DNA from: Acidobacteriota bacterium
GTDB lineage: Bacteria; Acidobacteriota; JBCCFW01
NCBI GenBank assembly: GCA_039029535.1
Contig: JBCCFW010000004.1
Location: 41,512-105,511, forward strand
Length of the DNA: 64,000 bases
Reading direction: 5' to 3'
Shown one piece after another: positions 17,881-27,657 of the stretch. The translations under genes and the position numbers were made by a program. Numbering within the stretch: position 1 is the stretch's first letter; each line of letters begins with the position of its first letter. The notes under the pieces were generated by a model. That model ran no database searches, had not been told where the DNA came from, and was given only the letters and a program-made list of their open reading frames with translations.

Positions 17881-20800
17881 GGATCGATGGGCCGGAGGTC
17901 GAAGCAGGGCACCGGCGTGCCCCGGAGGTCGCGGAGGAAGTCGTCTTCCTCTCGCTGCGTGAAGCCGTAGCTGGCGGTGGCCGGGAGCGTGAGGGCGCGG
18001 GAGAGCGTCACGCGCACGGTGTTGCCGCCCATGACGGTCACGCCGGTGGCGGTGGGGCCCGTGTCGTCGTTGAAGCGGAAGAGCTCGGGATCGAGACCAC
18101 CGTCGACGAACTCGACCTCGCCGTCGAAGGTGAAGTCCACCGAGGAGCCACCCGGGCCGACCTGGACGCTCGTGAGGTGCACGAGGGCGTCGAGGGGCTC
18201 GCCGAGCAGGTGCTCGCGGACGGCGTCGGCGAAGCGCACGCCGAGCATCTTGTAGCTGTCCGCGAAGAAGTGGTAGTTGTCGAAGCGCAGGGCGTCGATG
18301 GCCGTGATGAGGTACGCGTCGGCGTCACGCTCCACGACCTGGAGCTGAGCTTCGCGGATGCGCAGGAACTGTCGGTTGCCGACGGCGGTCGAGGTCGCGA
18401 GCTGGGCGATGAAGAACGGCAGGTCCGGCTGACTCAGGTCCGATCGGAGCTGGGAGATGAGCCGCTCCAGGTCGTCGCGATACTGCTCGAGTGTCCTGTT
18501 GTCGGCGGCGTCGGACTCGCCCTGGAACCAGAGCACGCCGGCGAAGCCGTTGGGATCGTTCTGATCCCGCGCCCGACGCATGGCGTTGCCGTAGAGCGAC
18601 TCGTGGGAGTCGGGGTCGTCGACGTCGCGCTGCCACTCGTCCCAGATGGCGGTGCCGCCTCGAGGCGAGGGGATGATGCCGACGGGCAGGCCCGTGCTCG
18701 CGTGGACCTCCTTGCCGAAGCGGAGCATGGGGCTGTGACCGGCGTCGCGGGCACCGCCTCCGTTGTCGGCTGCCACCTGCTCGCGCTCTCCGGTCGCGTC
18801 GTCCATGGGCTCCTGGCCCATCTTCCAGAGACCGTCGGCGTGGTAGACGTGGACCTCGTCGATCGGGGTCTCCGCGTCGGCCATGTCGCCGCGTCCGGAC
18901 ATGTTGCTCTGACCCGTGCAGAGGAAGACGTCGCCCACGCCGAGCTCGACGAGCATGTCGCTGCCCAGGAGGGCCATGTCCGAGCTGCGCACGAGCTGGA
19001 CTTCGACGTCGTAGTTGCCGCCGGCCGGCACGCGGTCGAGATCGAAGGACACCGTCGCCCCATTCGGTGCGGGGTCGGAGAGGTCGAGCTGATGGTCCGA
19101 CCAGTCGTGGTCGGGGACGACCGTGCCGGTGTCGCTCATGACGACGCGGGCTTGCAAGAAGGCCGGCTCGGCGTGACGGACCTGGAGCTGCAAGGGGATG
19201 GTCGCTTCGTCGAAGTCGTCACGCTGGAAGACCTTCCAGTCGTCGGACCACTCGTGATGACGCCCGATGGTCAGGTCGGTCGGACCGGGCTCCGGACAGA
19301 CCGTGATGCGCTTGATCGAGCGACGTCCCTGGCTGAAGTCGGCCATGGCGGTGTCGACGCCGATGAGCGCGCTGTCGTCGACGACGTCGAAGATAGCTTC
19401 GTCCTCGGACCAGCTCCCGGCGATGAAGTAGTCGACGTGGAGCCGTGAGGTCGTGCCGGCGCCCTTGCGCAACCGGAGCCGCAGCCGACGCGAGTCGGGG
19501 CCGCGGGGGCCGGCGACCGGCGTGGCGACGCCCTGATTCTGGAAGCGCTCGATGAAGTAGAGGTCGTTGCGGTCGTCGACCTGGAGCATCAGGCCGGCGC
19601 CGGACTCCCAGCGGAAGGCGCTGTCGCTCCACATCTCGAGGGAGAGCCGGCCGTTGAACGGGCCGTAGTCGAGCCAGACCGTCGTGTCCTGACGGTGGCC
19701 GCTGGCGCGCACGCGGGTGAACTGGTCGTTGGTGCCGTCACGGTCGGAGCGGTACGACGCGGCGAGCTCGCCCTCGACCATCCGCACGAGCAGGGTCTCG
19801 TCGAGACCTCCGTAGGACAACATGTCGGCGGGGCGGCCGTCGATGAGGTCGTCCTCGAAGGTGTAGGTCTTCGGGTCGCAGGGGTCACCGATGCCGTCGT
19901 CGTTGTGGTCCTCCTGGTCGAGGTTCGACGCGAACGGGCAGTTGTCGCAGGCATTGCCGAGGGTGTCGGCGTCGTCGTCGAGCTGCTCGGGGTTGGCGAG
20001 ACCGAGACAGTTGTCGCAGTCGTTGCCGGCGTCGTCCACGTCGTCGTCGGCCTGGTCGGCGTTGCTCAGGCCCGGGCAGTTGTCGCAGGCCTCGTTCGTG
20101 CCGTCGCCGTCGCTGTCTTCCTGGAACGGGTCGAAGTCGTCGGGGCAACCGTCGCAGGCGGTGCCGACGTCGTCGGCGTCTGGGTCCTCTTGCATGGGGT
20201 TGGCGAGACCGGGGCAGTTGTCGCAGGCCTCGCCGGTGCCGTCGCCGTCGGTGTCTTCCTGGAGGGGATCGGCGTCGTCGGGGCAGATGTCGCAGGCACT
20301 GCCGAGCCCATCGACGTCGGGGTCGTCCTGCGTGGGGTTGGCGAGACCGGGACAGTTGTCGCAAGCCTCGCCCGTGCCGTCGACGTCGTCGTCGGCCTGG
20401 TCGTCGTTGTCGAGGGCCGGGCAGTTGTCGCAGGCGTCACCGTGGGTGTCGGCGTCGGAGTTCTGCTGGTCCTCGTTCGAGAACGTCGGGCAGTTGTCGC
20501 AGGCACTGCCCAGGGTGTCGAAGTCGAGGTTCTGCTGGTCCTCGTTGTCCACCGTCGGACAGTTGTCGCAGGCGTCGCCGAAGCTGTCGGTGTCGGAGTT
20601 CGCCTGGTCCGCGTTGGCGACCATCGGGCAGTTGTCGTCGGGGTCGCCGATGCCGTCGAGGTCGAAGTCGGGAATGCAGGGCGCGAGGTTGGGGGTCGGG
20701 TTGCCCAGGCTGTCGGTCCCGAGGGTGCCCTCGCCCTCGCTGTTGACGGCGGTGACCAGGACGTAGGTGAAGCCCGTCGGACGCGGCCAGTCGGGGGGGA

Positions 20801-21068
20801 CGACCGAGGTCTCGGTGATGCCCGAGATCCGGCAGTCGTGGTTGTACATCCACGGGGTCTCGCCGGCGTGGACCGTGTAGCTGGTCGCGCCGGGCACGGG
20901 ATCCCAGGTCAGCGTGTCCGCGACCCATCGCAGGCCGGTGACCTCACCGGGTTGGGCCTGGGCGAGGCTCGTCCCGAGGGTCAGCGCCAGGAGGAGCAGC
21001 AGGCCTCTTGAGTGAAGGGTCCGTGGTGAGCGCACGACGTCATCCCGCGAGCGCGGCGGCAGCCGCAC
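17877..21068 (-). CDS. secreted sialate O-acetylesterase-like carbohydrate esterase, paralog with expanded TSP3 repeat array
   Basis: Same architecture and GQSNMSGRG motif as 15400-17880, with about ten tandem D-x-D-x-DG...DNCP repeats. Confidence 0.7.
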   Translation of the reverse strand: MRLPPRSRDDVVRSPRTLHSRGLLLLLALTLGTSLAQAQPGEVTGLRWVADTLTWDPVPGATSYTVHAGETPWMYNHDCRISGITETSVVPPDWPRPTGFTYVLVTAVNSEGEGTLGTDSLGNPTPNLAPCIPDFDLDGIGDPDDNCPMVANADQANSDTDSFGDACDNCPTVDNEDQQNLDFDTLGSACDNCPTFSNEDQQNSDADTHGDACDNCPALDNDDQADDDVDGTGEACDNCPGLANPTQDDPDVDGLGSACDICPDDADPLQEDTDGDGTGEACDNCPGLANPMQEDPDADDVGTACDGCPDDFDPFQEDSDGDGTNEACDNCPGLSNADQADDDVDDAGNDCDNCLGLANPEQLDDDADTLGNACDNCPFASNLDQEDHNDDGIGDPCDPKTYTFEDDLIDGRPADMLSYGGLDETLLVRMVEGELAASYRSDRDGTNDQFTRVRASGHRQDTTVWLDYGPFNGRLSLEMWSDSAFRWESGAGLMLQVDDRNDLYFIERFQNQGVATPVAGPRGPDSRRLRLRLRKGAGTTSRLHVDYFIAGSWSEDEAIFDVVDDSALIGVDTAMADFSQGRRSIKRITVCPEPGPTDLTIGRHHEWSDDWKVFQRDDFDEATIPLQLQVRHAEPAFLQARVVMSDTGTVVPDHDWSDHQLDLSDPAPNGATVSFDLDRVPAGGNYDVEVQLVRSSDMALLGSDMLVELGVGDVFLCTGQSNMSGRGDMADAETPIDEVHVYHADGLWKMGQEPMDDATGEREQVAADNGGGARDAGHSPMLRFGKEVHASTGLPVGIIPSPRGGTAIWDEWQRDVDDPDSHESLYGNAMRRARDQNDPNGFAGVLWFQGESDAADNRTLEQYRDDLERLISQLRSDLSQPDLPFFIAQLATSTAVGNRQFLRIREAQLQVVERDADAYLITAIDALRFDNYHFFADSYKMLGVRFADAVREHLLGEPLDALVHLTSVQVGPGGSSVDFTFDGEVEFVDGGLDPELFRFNDDTGPTATGVTVMGGNTVRVTLSRALTLPATASYGFTQREEDDFLRDLRGTPVPCFDLRPIDP
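19886..20681 (-). repeat. tandem array of thrombospondin type-3-like Asp-rich calcium-binding repeats (coding, inside esterase paralog)
   Basis: Repeated ...(A/E)CDNCP(G/T)(L/V)(A/S)N(P/E)DQ(x)D(x)D(x)DG(x)G... units visible at protein and DNA level. Confidence 0.75.
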
Positions 21069-21305
21069 TCCGTCCTTTTTCTACATTTACCTGAAGGAAA
21101 CCTAGGCGGCCGAGTCAGGGGCTGTCAACCGGCCTGGAGCGGGTCTTGGAACACCGACGAGACGGAGCTCCGAGATCTCCGCCGACATCGGGTCCTATCG
21201 GCACGGAGGGGGAACGGAATCAGTGAATTCCGGGAGCCTGGGGCCCCGGGCCCAGGTCGGGTCCGGGGCGCTCGTGGGGAGGTCAGGAGCCCGCGACGCA
21301 GGCTT

Positions 21306-22367
21306 CTAGGCCGGGTCGGGCTCGGGGGCGCCCTCCTTGCGGAAGGCATAGACCACGCCGCCGAGGAGCCCGTAGCTCAAGAAGAGCAGGTACTCGAGCC
21401 AGGCGAAGGCGACGGCCTGGGCCTGCTCGACCCCGGCGTAGGCGGTGAGCAGCGCGACGCAGGCGGCTTCGCGGACGCCGATGCCGTTGATGGAGACGGG
21501 CACCAGCATGATGAAGAGGAAGATCGGGACGATGAGATAGAAGTCCGCGTAGTCGATCGGCAGCGAGAGCGACTGGGCGATGAGCCAGTAGAACGTCACC
21601 ACGTTCACCTGGAGCAGCACCGACAGCACGAAGGCGCGACCGAGCTGACCGGTCTTGCCCTGGAAGCTGGTGAGGGCGCGGAGGACCTTCTCGAAGGGTG
21701 AGCGGAGCTTCTTCGGGAAGCGATCGAGGATCCCGTTGACGAAGCTCATGAGCCGCGGCGTGGGGAAGAAGACGATCCACGTGCCGAAGAGCAGACAGGC
21801 GGTCCCGAGAACGACCCAGGGTCGCAGGAGCGGGAAGCGCTCGTTGAGGGCCGGCGAGAACATCAGCGCGCCGAGCGCGAAGCAGATGAGCGCGAGGAAG
21901 CCGACGAGTCGGTCGATGACGAGGATGGCGAGGGAGAGCGCCTTGGGCGTGCCGGCCCGCCAGGTGTCCCAGCCGCGGAGGGCGTCGCCGCCAATGGTGG
22001 TCGGCAGGAACTGACCGACGAAGCGGGCGACCACGCAGGATTGAAACAGGTAGAAGACGGACATCCGGTGACCGTGGGCAGCGAGCAGGCCGCGCCAGCG
22101 GGTGGCGGTCACGAGGGAGCCGACGAACACGAGGGAGAAGGCGGCGAGGAGCCAGGGGAGCTTCGCGCCCTTCATCGCGTCGATGACCTTGCCGAACTCG
22201 GCGTTCTTGACGGTCCAGGCGATGAGCAGGCCGGAGATGACGACCTTGATCAGCGTGAGCGGGAGCTTCTTCTTCTTGCGCTTGGCGCCGAAGGTCTCGC
22301 CGGGCGGAGGGCCGGCGTCGTCGCCGACTGCATCCGGGACGTCGGGGCCGTCCTCGGGGCCGCTCAT
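21306..22367 (-). CDS. lysylphosphatidylglycerol-synthase transmembrane-region-like (MprF flippase-domain / UPF0104) membrane protein
   Basis: Start at the internal ATG at 22367 (MSGPEDG...), which overlaps the upstream TGA. Polytopic protein with the motif [18 protein letters not shown] typical of this family. Confidence 0.55.
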   Translation of the reverse strand: MSGPEDGPDVPDAVGDDAGPPPGETFGAKRKKKKLPLTLIKVVISGLLIAWTVKNAEFGKVIDAMKGAKLPWLLAAFSLVFVGSLVTATRWRGLLAAHGHRMSVFYLFQSCVVARFVGQFLPTTIGGDALRGWDTWRAGTPKALSLAILVIDRLVGFLALICFALGALMFSPALNERFPLLRPWVVLGTACLLFGTWIVFFPTPRLMSFVNGILDRFPKKLRSPFEKVLRALTSFQGKTGQLGRAFVLSVLLQVNVVTFYWLIAQSLSLPIDYADFYLIVPIFLFIMLVPVSINGIGVREAACVALLTAYAGVEQAQAVAFAWLEYLLFLSYGLLGGVVYAFRKEGAPEPDPA

Positions 22368-23170
22368 GGCTTGCGCGACTTGAGGATCTTGGCGGGGACG
22401 CCCGCGACGATGGAGTAGTCCGGGACGTCCTTGGTCACCACCGCGCCCGAGGCGACGATGCAGCCCTCGCCCACGGTCACGCCGTCGACCACCGCGGCCT
22501 GCGCGCCGATCCACGTGCCGTTTCCGATGGTGATCCCGCCGCGCAGGTCATGACCCTGCTGGCTGATGGGCACGTCGAGCCGGTCGTGGTTGTACATCGT
22601 GCCACCGAGGTAGACGTACGGCCCGAGCATGACGTCGTCACCGAGGACGAGCCGGTTGCCGTGGACAGCGTAGAGACCGCAGTAGGCGCCGATGCCGATG
22701 CGGCTGCCGTAGCTCATCGTGCCGTTCTTGCAGAGCATCAGCGTGCGCTGCCCGACGGTGACGTCGTCGCCGATCTCGATGGCCAGGTCGCCGTCGTTGC
22801 GCGCGTCGACGATGCAACCGTCGGAAATGATCAGGTTGCGGCCGGCGTGGATCTTGTTGGGGCTACGCAGGGTGACGCCGGGGCCGAACAGCGCTCCCTT
22901 GCCCACGCGACCGAGGAGGCCGGGGAAGAGCTTCTTCCGGAACATGAGACCGACCGCGCCGGGCATGTTCGCGCCGAGACCGTGGATGAGCTCGTACTTG
23001 ATCATCGAGCCCAGGCCGGTCGAGCCGACGATCAGCGCCTGGTACTTGGCCAGGGCCGACTTGGACTCGTCGTGGATCTGCGCGTGAACCTTCCGACTCT
23101 TCGCCGGCGGCGCCTCGGCCGGAGCGGTCTCGGTGGGCGGGTTGGCGGGCAGCTCGGGAGGTCCAGACAT
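22364..23170 (-). CDS. left-handed beta-helix (hexapeptide-repeat) acyl/acetyltransferase
   Basis: Start at the internal ATG at 23170 (MSGPPELP...). C-terminal hexapeptide repeats ([33 protein letters not shown]). Confidence 0.65.
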   Translation of the reverse strand: MSGPPELPANPPTETAPAEAPPAKSRKVHAQIHDESKSALAKYQALIVGSTGLGSMIKYELIHGLGANMPGAVGLMFRKKLFPGLLGRVGKGALFGPGVTLRSPNKIHAGRNLIISDGCIVDARNDGDLAIEIGDDVTVGQRTLMLCKNGTMSYGSRIGIGAYCGLYAVHGNRLVLGDDVMLGPYVYLGGTMYNHDRLDVPISQQGHDLRGGITIGNGTWIGAQAAVVDGVTVGEGCIVASGAVVTKDVPDYSIVAGVPAKILKSRKP

Positions 23171-23361
23171 GGGCGGAGTCCTGAGTAGAAAAATCGTTCG
23201 CGGAGTGTACCGCATCGACCCGGTCAGTATTCCGAGAGTTTCCGTTGACCCCCTGAGGGGCCTTCGGTAGGGTCGCTCGACACCCAGGGCCGGGGACTGG
23301 CACCCCAGCCGAGAGCGCATCACGGCCTCTCGGTCAGGCTCACCTGAAGAGGGACACGACC

Positions 23362-24342
23362 ATGATGCGACCTCTCGTCCGATTCGTCACGCCGGTGCTC
23401 CTCTCGGTCTTCGTCGTCGCGGCTGTCCCGGCCGCTGCGGGGAGCTTCTTCTTCCAGCCCGAGGTCACCTACCTCGACTTCGACGACGCCGACCTCGTGT
23501 TCGCCGTTGACGGTGAGGTGGGCGACACCATCAGCACCGGGCGGGCCAACCGTCTCGATCCCGACCACGAGATCGGCTACCGACTCGCCCTCGGTTACCG
23601 CTGGGAGAACGCCTGGGACGTCGCCTTCCGCTACGGGATGATCGACAGCGACGACTCCGGCAGCGTGACCAACTCGCGCGGCGTCCTCTTCCCGACGCTG
23701 ACTCACGCGGCCGACACGATGGGCTTCGGCACCGCGGCCGTTGCGACCTCGGGCCTCGACACGGAGCTCTCCACCGTCGACCTCGAGGCCGGCTACTTCT
23801 GGGGCGACCGCAAGCGCAACCACGGCCGCGTGTTCTTCGGCGTGCGGGCGGCGTGGTTCGAGCAGGAGCAGCTCACCAGCTACTTCTCGGCGTCGACCTC
23901 ACCCTTCGACCTCTACACCGTGGACACCGATGCGGACTGGTCGGCCTACGGCCTGCGTGTCGGCGTCGAGGGTGTCGCGGCGCTGCGTGGGAGCGACCAC
24001 TGGCGCTTCCTCGGCAGCCTCTCGGTGTCGGGTCTCGATGGCGACACCGACGTCGACCACCACGAGATCTTCACGAGCACGTCGGCGTCCACCCTGGTGG
24101 ACCTGCACGGTGACTACAGCGAGACGCACTTCGTCGTGGAAGCCTCGCTGGGCGTGGGCTTCGTCGTGGAGCGCGCGACCTCGACCTTCGCCTTCGAGTT
24201 CGGCTACGAGTACGCGAGCTGGGGAGACCTGGTGACCGCGCAGGGTTTCAACGTCGATGCCAACGACTCCGCTCTCGGCAACCAGGGGCAAGAGGACGTC
24301 ACGCTGCAGGGTGCGTTCCTTCGCTTCCGCTGGGAGTGGTGA
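23362..24342 (+). CDS. outer-membrane beta-barrel protein (putative porin)
   Basis: Signal peptide [26 protein letters not shown]. Alternating amphipathic beta-strands. C-terminal aromatic residue (RFRWEW). Confidence 0.6.
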   Translation: MMRPLVRFVTPVLLSVFVVAAVPAAAGSFFFQPEVTYLDFDDADLVFAVDGEVGDTISTGRANRLDPDHEIGYRLALGYRWENAWDVAFRYGMIDSDDSGSVTNSRGVLFPTLTHAADTMGFGTAAVATSGLDTELSTVDLEAGYFWGDRKRNHGRVFFGVRAAWFEQEQLTSYFSASTSPFDLYTVDTDADWSAYGLRVGVEGVAALRGSDHWRFLGSLSVSGLDGDTDVDHHEIFTSTSASTLVDLHGDYSETHFVVEASLGVGFVVERATSTFAFEFGYEYASWGDLVTAQGFNVDANDSALGNQGQEDVTLQGAFLRFRWEW

Positions 24343-24401
24343 GCCGGGCCGTCACGGGCTGAAGCTCTGAGCCGGGGAGCTTGCTGAGGGCAACCCGGAG
24401 G

Positions 24402-24448
24402 AGGCTCGCCAGGAATGGGGCCGGTGAAACGGTCCTCCTGGCGAGCCT
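24402..24448. terminator. imperfect hairpin between the convergent outer-membrane-protein and HlyD genes (possible bidirectional terminator)
   Basis: 13-bp stem AGGCTCGCCAGGA / TCCTGGCGAGCCT around a 21-nt loop. No clear U-tract. Confidence 0.3.
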
Positions 24449-24455
24449 TCCCTCT

Positions 24456-25466
24456 TCACGACGAGGTGCTGCCGATGAGGCCTCGCGTGACCTGACCGAG
24501 GAGGCTCCGTCGCTCGACCACCAGCGAGACGGTCCCCGTCATGCCCGTGGTGAGCTCCAGGCTCGCGGGCACGGGACCGAGCGACAGGTGGGCGCGGTAG
24601 TGGCCGGTCTCGTCGTCGACGCTGCTCACGGCGACGAGCGTGGCGGAGAGCGAGCCCTGGTCGAGCAGCGAGTCGGCATCGAGCCGGAGTCGGCCCTCTC
24701 CGAGCACGCGCTGGAGGAGCCCCACCTGTCGAGGCGCGATCGTCGCCGTCGCGTGGAAGACCGCGGTCGACTGGCCCTCGGCGGAGTCCGACACCAGCGC
24801 GTGCAGCAAGGTCCCCGCCGGAGCGCGGGAGCCGAAGGACAGGTGAGCGACCCGACCGGCCGTGGCCGCCGTGACGTCGAGGTGCGCGTCACCCTCGCTC
24901 ACCGCAGCATGAGGGCCGTAGCGCTCCCGCAGCAGCGCCTCGGCGCGGGCCAGCTCGAAGCCGAGGCGTCGGCGTCGAGCCTGCTGCTCGGTGCTCTCGG
25001 CCTCCAGCCAGGCGAGCTCGGCTCGTGCGGCGTGCAGGCGAGCCAGTGCTTCGGAGAGCTCGGCTGATCGAAGCCGAAGCAGCGGCTGGCCGAGGTCGAC
25101 GCGGTCTCCGATGACGACGTGTCGTGCGTCGATCACGACGTCCTCGAAGAGCGAGTAGCGGTGCTCTCCCTCCACGCGGACGAGCTCGACGGGGAGCTCG
25201 ACCGTCCAGTCGAGGGGGATGAGGGAGCCACCGGCGACCAGCGCCACGGCGAGGAGCAGGCCCAGGCGGAGGGCGACGCGTCGGGCGCCCTGCGTGACGT
25301 CGAGGAGAGGGGAGTCCTCCTCGCGGTAGAGCTCGGTCGACTGGAGCGCGGTGAGCTCTCCCTCGGGTCGGACCTCGCCCGGAGGCGGCGGCCCCTTGCG
25401 GAGTCGGTCCGTGAGATCGACGACGGTCGATCCGGTGCCGTTCGGCGGCGAGACGGGCTCAGGCAT
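24456..25466 (-). CDS. HlyD-family membrane fusion / secretion protein
   Basis: Start at the internal ATG at 25466 (MPEPVSPP...), which overlaps the ABC-transporter TGA (ATGCCTGA). TM segment followed by a coiled-coil. The ORF-track N-terminus is an out-of-frame low-complexity artefact. Confidence 0.65.
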   Translation of the reverse strand: MPEPVSPPNGTGSTVVDLTDRLRKGPPPPGEVRPEGELTALQSTELYREEDSPLLDVTQGARRVALRLGLLLAVALVAGGSLIPLDWTVELPVELVRVEGEHRYSLFEDVVIDARHVVIGDRVDLGQPLLRLRSAELSEALARLHAARAELAWLEAESTEQQARRRRLGFELARAEALLRERYGPHAAVSEGDAHLDVTAATAGRVAHLSFGSRAPAGTLLHALVSDSAEGQSTAVFHATATIAPRQVGLLQRVLGEGRLRLDADSLLDQGSLSATLVAVSSVDDETGHYRAHLSLGPVPASLELTTGMTGTVSLVVERRSLLGQVTRGLIGSTSS

Positions 25467-27657
25467 GGGCGAGATACGCGTTGGTGAGGCTGGCATAGAT
25501 GCCGTCGTGGGAGAGGAGCTGCTCGTGAGTGCCGTCCTCGACGATGCGACCGTCGTCGAGCACGACGATGCGGTCGGCCCCGCGGACCGTGGACATGCGG
25601 TGGGCGATCGTGATGATGGTGGCCTTGGGGAAGCGCTCGTGCAGCCGGGCGGTGATCCTCTGCTCCGACTCGGTGTCCAGGACGCTGGTCGCTTCATCCA
25701 GGAGGATGATCTCCGGGTCGGTGAGGAAGAGCCTTGCGAAGGCCAGCTTCAAGCGCTGCCCGCTCGACAGGTTCCTTCCACCGTCGCTGAGGACGAAGTT
25801 GAAGCCCAGGAAGTTGCGACGCAGGAAGTCGCCGAGCTCGGCGTCCTCCATCGCCTGCTCGAGCTGCTCGAGGCTGGCGTCGGGTCTCACCTGCTGGAGG
25901 TTCGAGCGGATGGTCCCGTGGAAGATGTAGATGTCCTGCGGCAGCATCACGACCGACTGCCGGAGGAGCTGGGGGTGGTACTGCCGGAGCTCCGTGTCGC
26001 CGAGGAAGATGTTGCCCTCGTACGGATGGAGCTGGAGCAGCAGCTTGGCGAGCGTCGACTTGCCCGAGCCGTTGCGGCCCACGATGGCGAGGTGGGTGCC
26101 GGCCTCGACCTCCAGGTCGACCTCGTCGAGCACGCGGTCCGCCTCCTTCTCGGAGTAGCGGAAGGAGAGCCCCTCGATCCTCAGGTCGCCGTCCGGTCGG
26201 GTCGTGCGCTGGCTGCCGACGTCGCGAAACTCCGGCTCCTGGCCGATGAGGTCGTTCAGACGCTCGAAGGTCACGCTGAGCCCCAGCAACATCAGCCAGA
26301 GGTCGCCGAGGCTTCCCGCGCGGCTCACGACCATCATGAAGATGCTCGTGAAGGCCACGTACTGTCCGATCGTGAGCTCGCCCTGGACGGTGAGGTACGC
26401 ACCGATCCAGTACACGGAAACCTGGCTCGCCACGATCAGGCCGGACTGGAGGAGCCCGAGGCGGAGCGTGGACGTCTCCAACTCCATCGTCGAGTTCAGC
26501 GAGCGCGTGAAGAGGTGTCTCCAGTTCCAGAGACGCTGTTGCTCGATCCCGAGGATCTTGACGGTGTTGATGCCGTAGAGCGTCTCGGTGAAGCTGCCCA
26601 TCGCGTGAACGTTCGAGTGAAAGACCTTGTTTTCCAGGCTCCGAAGGCGAGGCGTGAAGACTGCCGACACGATGGTGATCACCAACACGGCCGCCAGCGC
26701 CACCGTGGCGAGGAGGGGGCTGTAGAAGAAGAGGAAGGCCGAGTAGGCGACGACCAGGAGGATGTCGAGCAGGGACTCGAGCACCGCCGGTGACAAGATG
26801 CCGGAGACCGACGACGCCTCCTGCAGGCGGTTGATGAAGTCCTCCTTCGGGTGGTCGTCGAAGTAGGACTGCCGCAGCCGCACGAAGCGATCCATGACCG
26901 CTCCGAAGAACGATCGCTCGTAGCGAGCCTTGAGCTGGATCATGAGGACGTTGCGCAGGTACTTCAGCAGGAGCTGCGTCGAGTAGACGAGGACGAGACC
27001 GAGGAGGATGGCGTGCAACAGGCGCAGGTCGTCGTCGACCAGGACTCGGTCGATGATGCCCTGGGTCATGACCGGGAGCCCGAGCCCCAGCAACTGCAGG
27101 ACGACAGTGGCGAGCAGGAGCTCGGCGAGGACCTTGCGAGCGGCGAGCAGGGGCGGCAGGTAGAACTCGCGGAGGAGACCCCACTTGCGACCACGTCGCT
27201 CCTCGATGAGCTCGAGCAGGTCGGGGTTGCGGAAGGCGTCCTCCGTCGGATCGACGGTGAACACGACGCCGTTCCAGCGAGCATGGAAACGATCCTTGCT
27301 CAGCTCATGCTCGCCGCTTCCCGGATCGATGAAGGTGATGGTGTCGTCGCCGACTCGCGTGACGACGATGAAGTGATCTCCCTGGTAGTGGGCGATGAAC
27401 GGTGCCTGCAGGTCCTGCATGCCCTCCCAGGAGGCGTGGTAACCCATGGCCTCGAAGCCGAACTTCTGAACGACTTCGGCCGCGAGGTAGAGGTTGGTGC
27501 CCTGGGCGTCGACCTGCGCGAGCTCGCGCAGCAGGTCCTGCACGTTGGTCATGCCCCAGTAGCGGAAGATCATCGCCAGGCAGGTGGTCAGACACTCGGA
27601 GCCGTCCCGCTGGAGGATCACCGGTACCGAACGTCGAGGCTTGAGCTTCGGTCTCAT
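25459..27657 (-). CDS. bacteriocin/lanthipeptide-processing ABC transporter with N-terminal C39 peptidase domain (LanT-like)
   Basis: C39 peptidase motifs QRDGSECLTTCLAM and HFIVV. Six-TM domain. Walker A GRNGSGKST, signature LSSGQRLK and Walker B ILLDEATS. ATGA overlap with the LanB gene. Confidence 0.9.
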   Translation of the reverse strand: MRPKLKPRRSVPVILQRDGSECLTTCLAMIFRYWGMTNVQDLLRELAQVDAQGTNLYLAAEVVQKFGFEAMGYHASWEGMQDLQAPFIAHYQGDHFIVVTRVGDDTITFIDPGSGEHELSKDRFHARWNGVVFTVDPTEDAFRNPDLLELIEERRGRKWGLLREFYLPPLLAARKVLAELLLATVVLQLLGLGLPVMTQGIIDRVLVDDDLRLLHAILLGLVLVYSTQLLLKYLRNVLMIQLKARYERSFFGAVMDRFVRLRQSYFDDHPKEDFINRLQEASSVSGILSPAVLESLLDILLVVAYSAFLFFYSPLLATVALAAVLVITIVSAVFTPRLRSLENKVFHSNVHAMGSFTETLYGINTVKILGIEQQRLWNWRHLFTRSLNSTMELETSTLRLGLLQSGLIVASQVSVYWIGAYLTVQGELTIGQYVAFTSIFMMVVSRAGSLGDLWLMLLGLSVTFERLNDLIGQEPEFRDVGSQRTTRPDGDLRIEGLSFRYSEKEADRVLDEVDLEVEAGTHLAIVGRNGSGKSTLAKLLLQLHPYEGNIFLGDTELRQYHPQLLRQSVVMLPQDIYIFHGTIRSNLQQVRPDASLEQLEQAMEDAELGDFLRRNFLGFNFVLSDGGRNLSSGQRLKLAFARLFLTDPEIILLDEATSVLDTESEQRITARLHERFPKATIITIAHRMSTVRGADRIVVLDDGRIVEDGTHEQLLSHDGIYASLTNAYLAHA

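Noticed and set aside
16621-21011. Several long plus-strand ORFs (16621..17970, 17817..19448, 19695..21011) opposite the esterase paralogs
   Set aside because: Antisense frames of genes with clear signal peptides and TSP3/SASA motifs. Val/Gly/Ala-rich composition is typical of the wrong strand.
24456-25697. Ser/Pro/Thr-rich 77-residue N-terminus of the HlyD ORF
   Set aside because: That portion overlaps the 3' end of the ABC transporter gene in another frame and is low-complexity. The ATG at 25466 restores the standard ATGCCTGA overlap coupling and a normal HlyD N-terminus.
25351-26793. 480-aa plus-strand ORF and 496-aa minus-strand ORF 25694..27184 overlapping the C39-ABC transporter
   Set aside because: Alternative frames of the transporter gene. 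Only the frame with C39 and Walker motifs is real.
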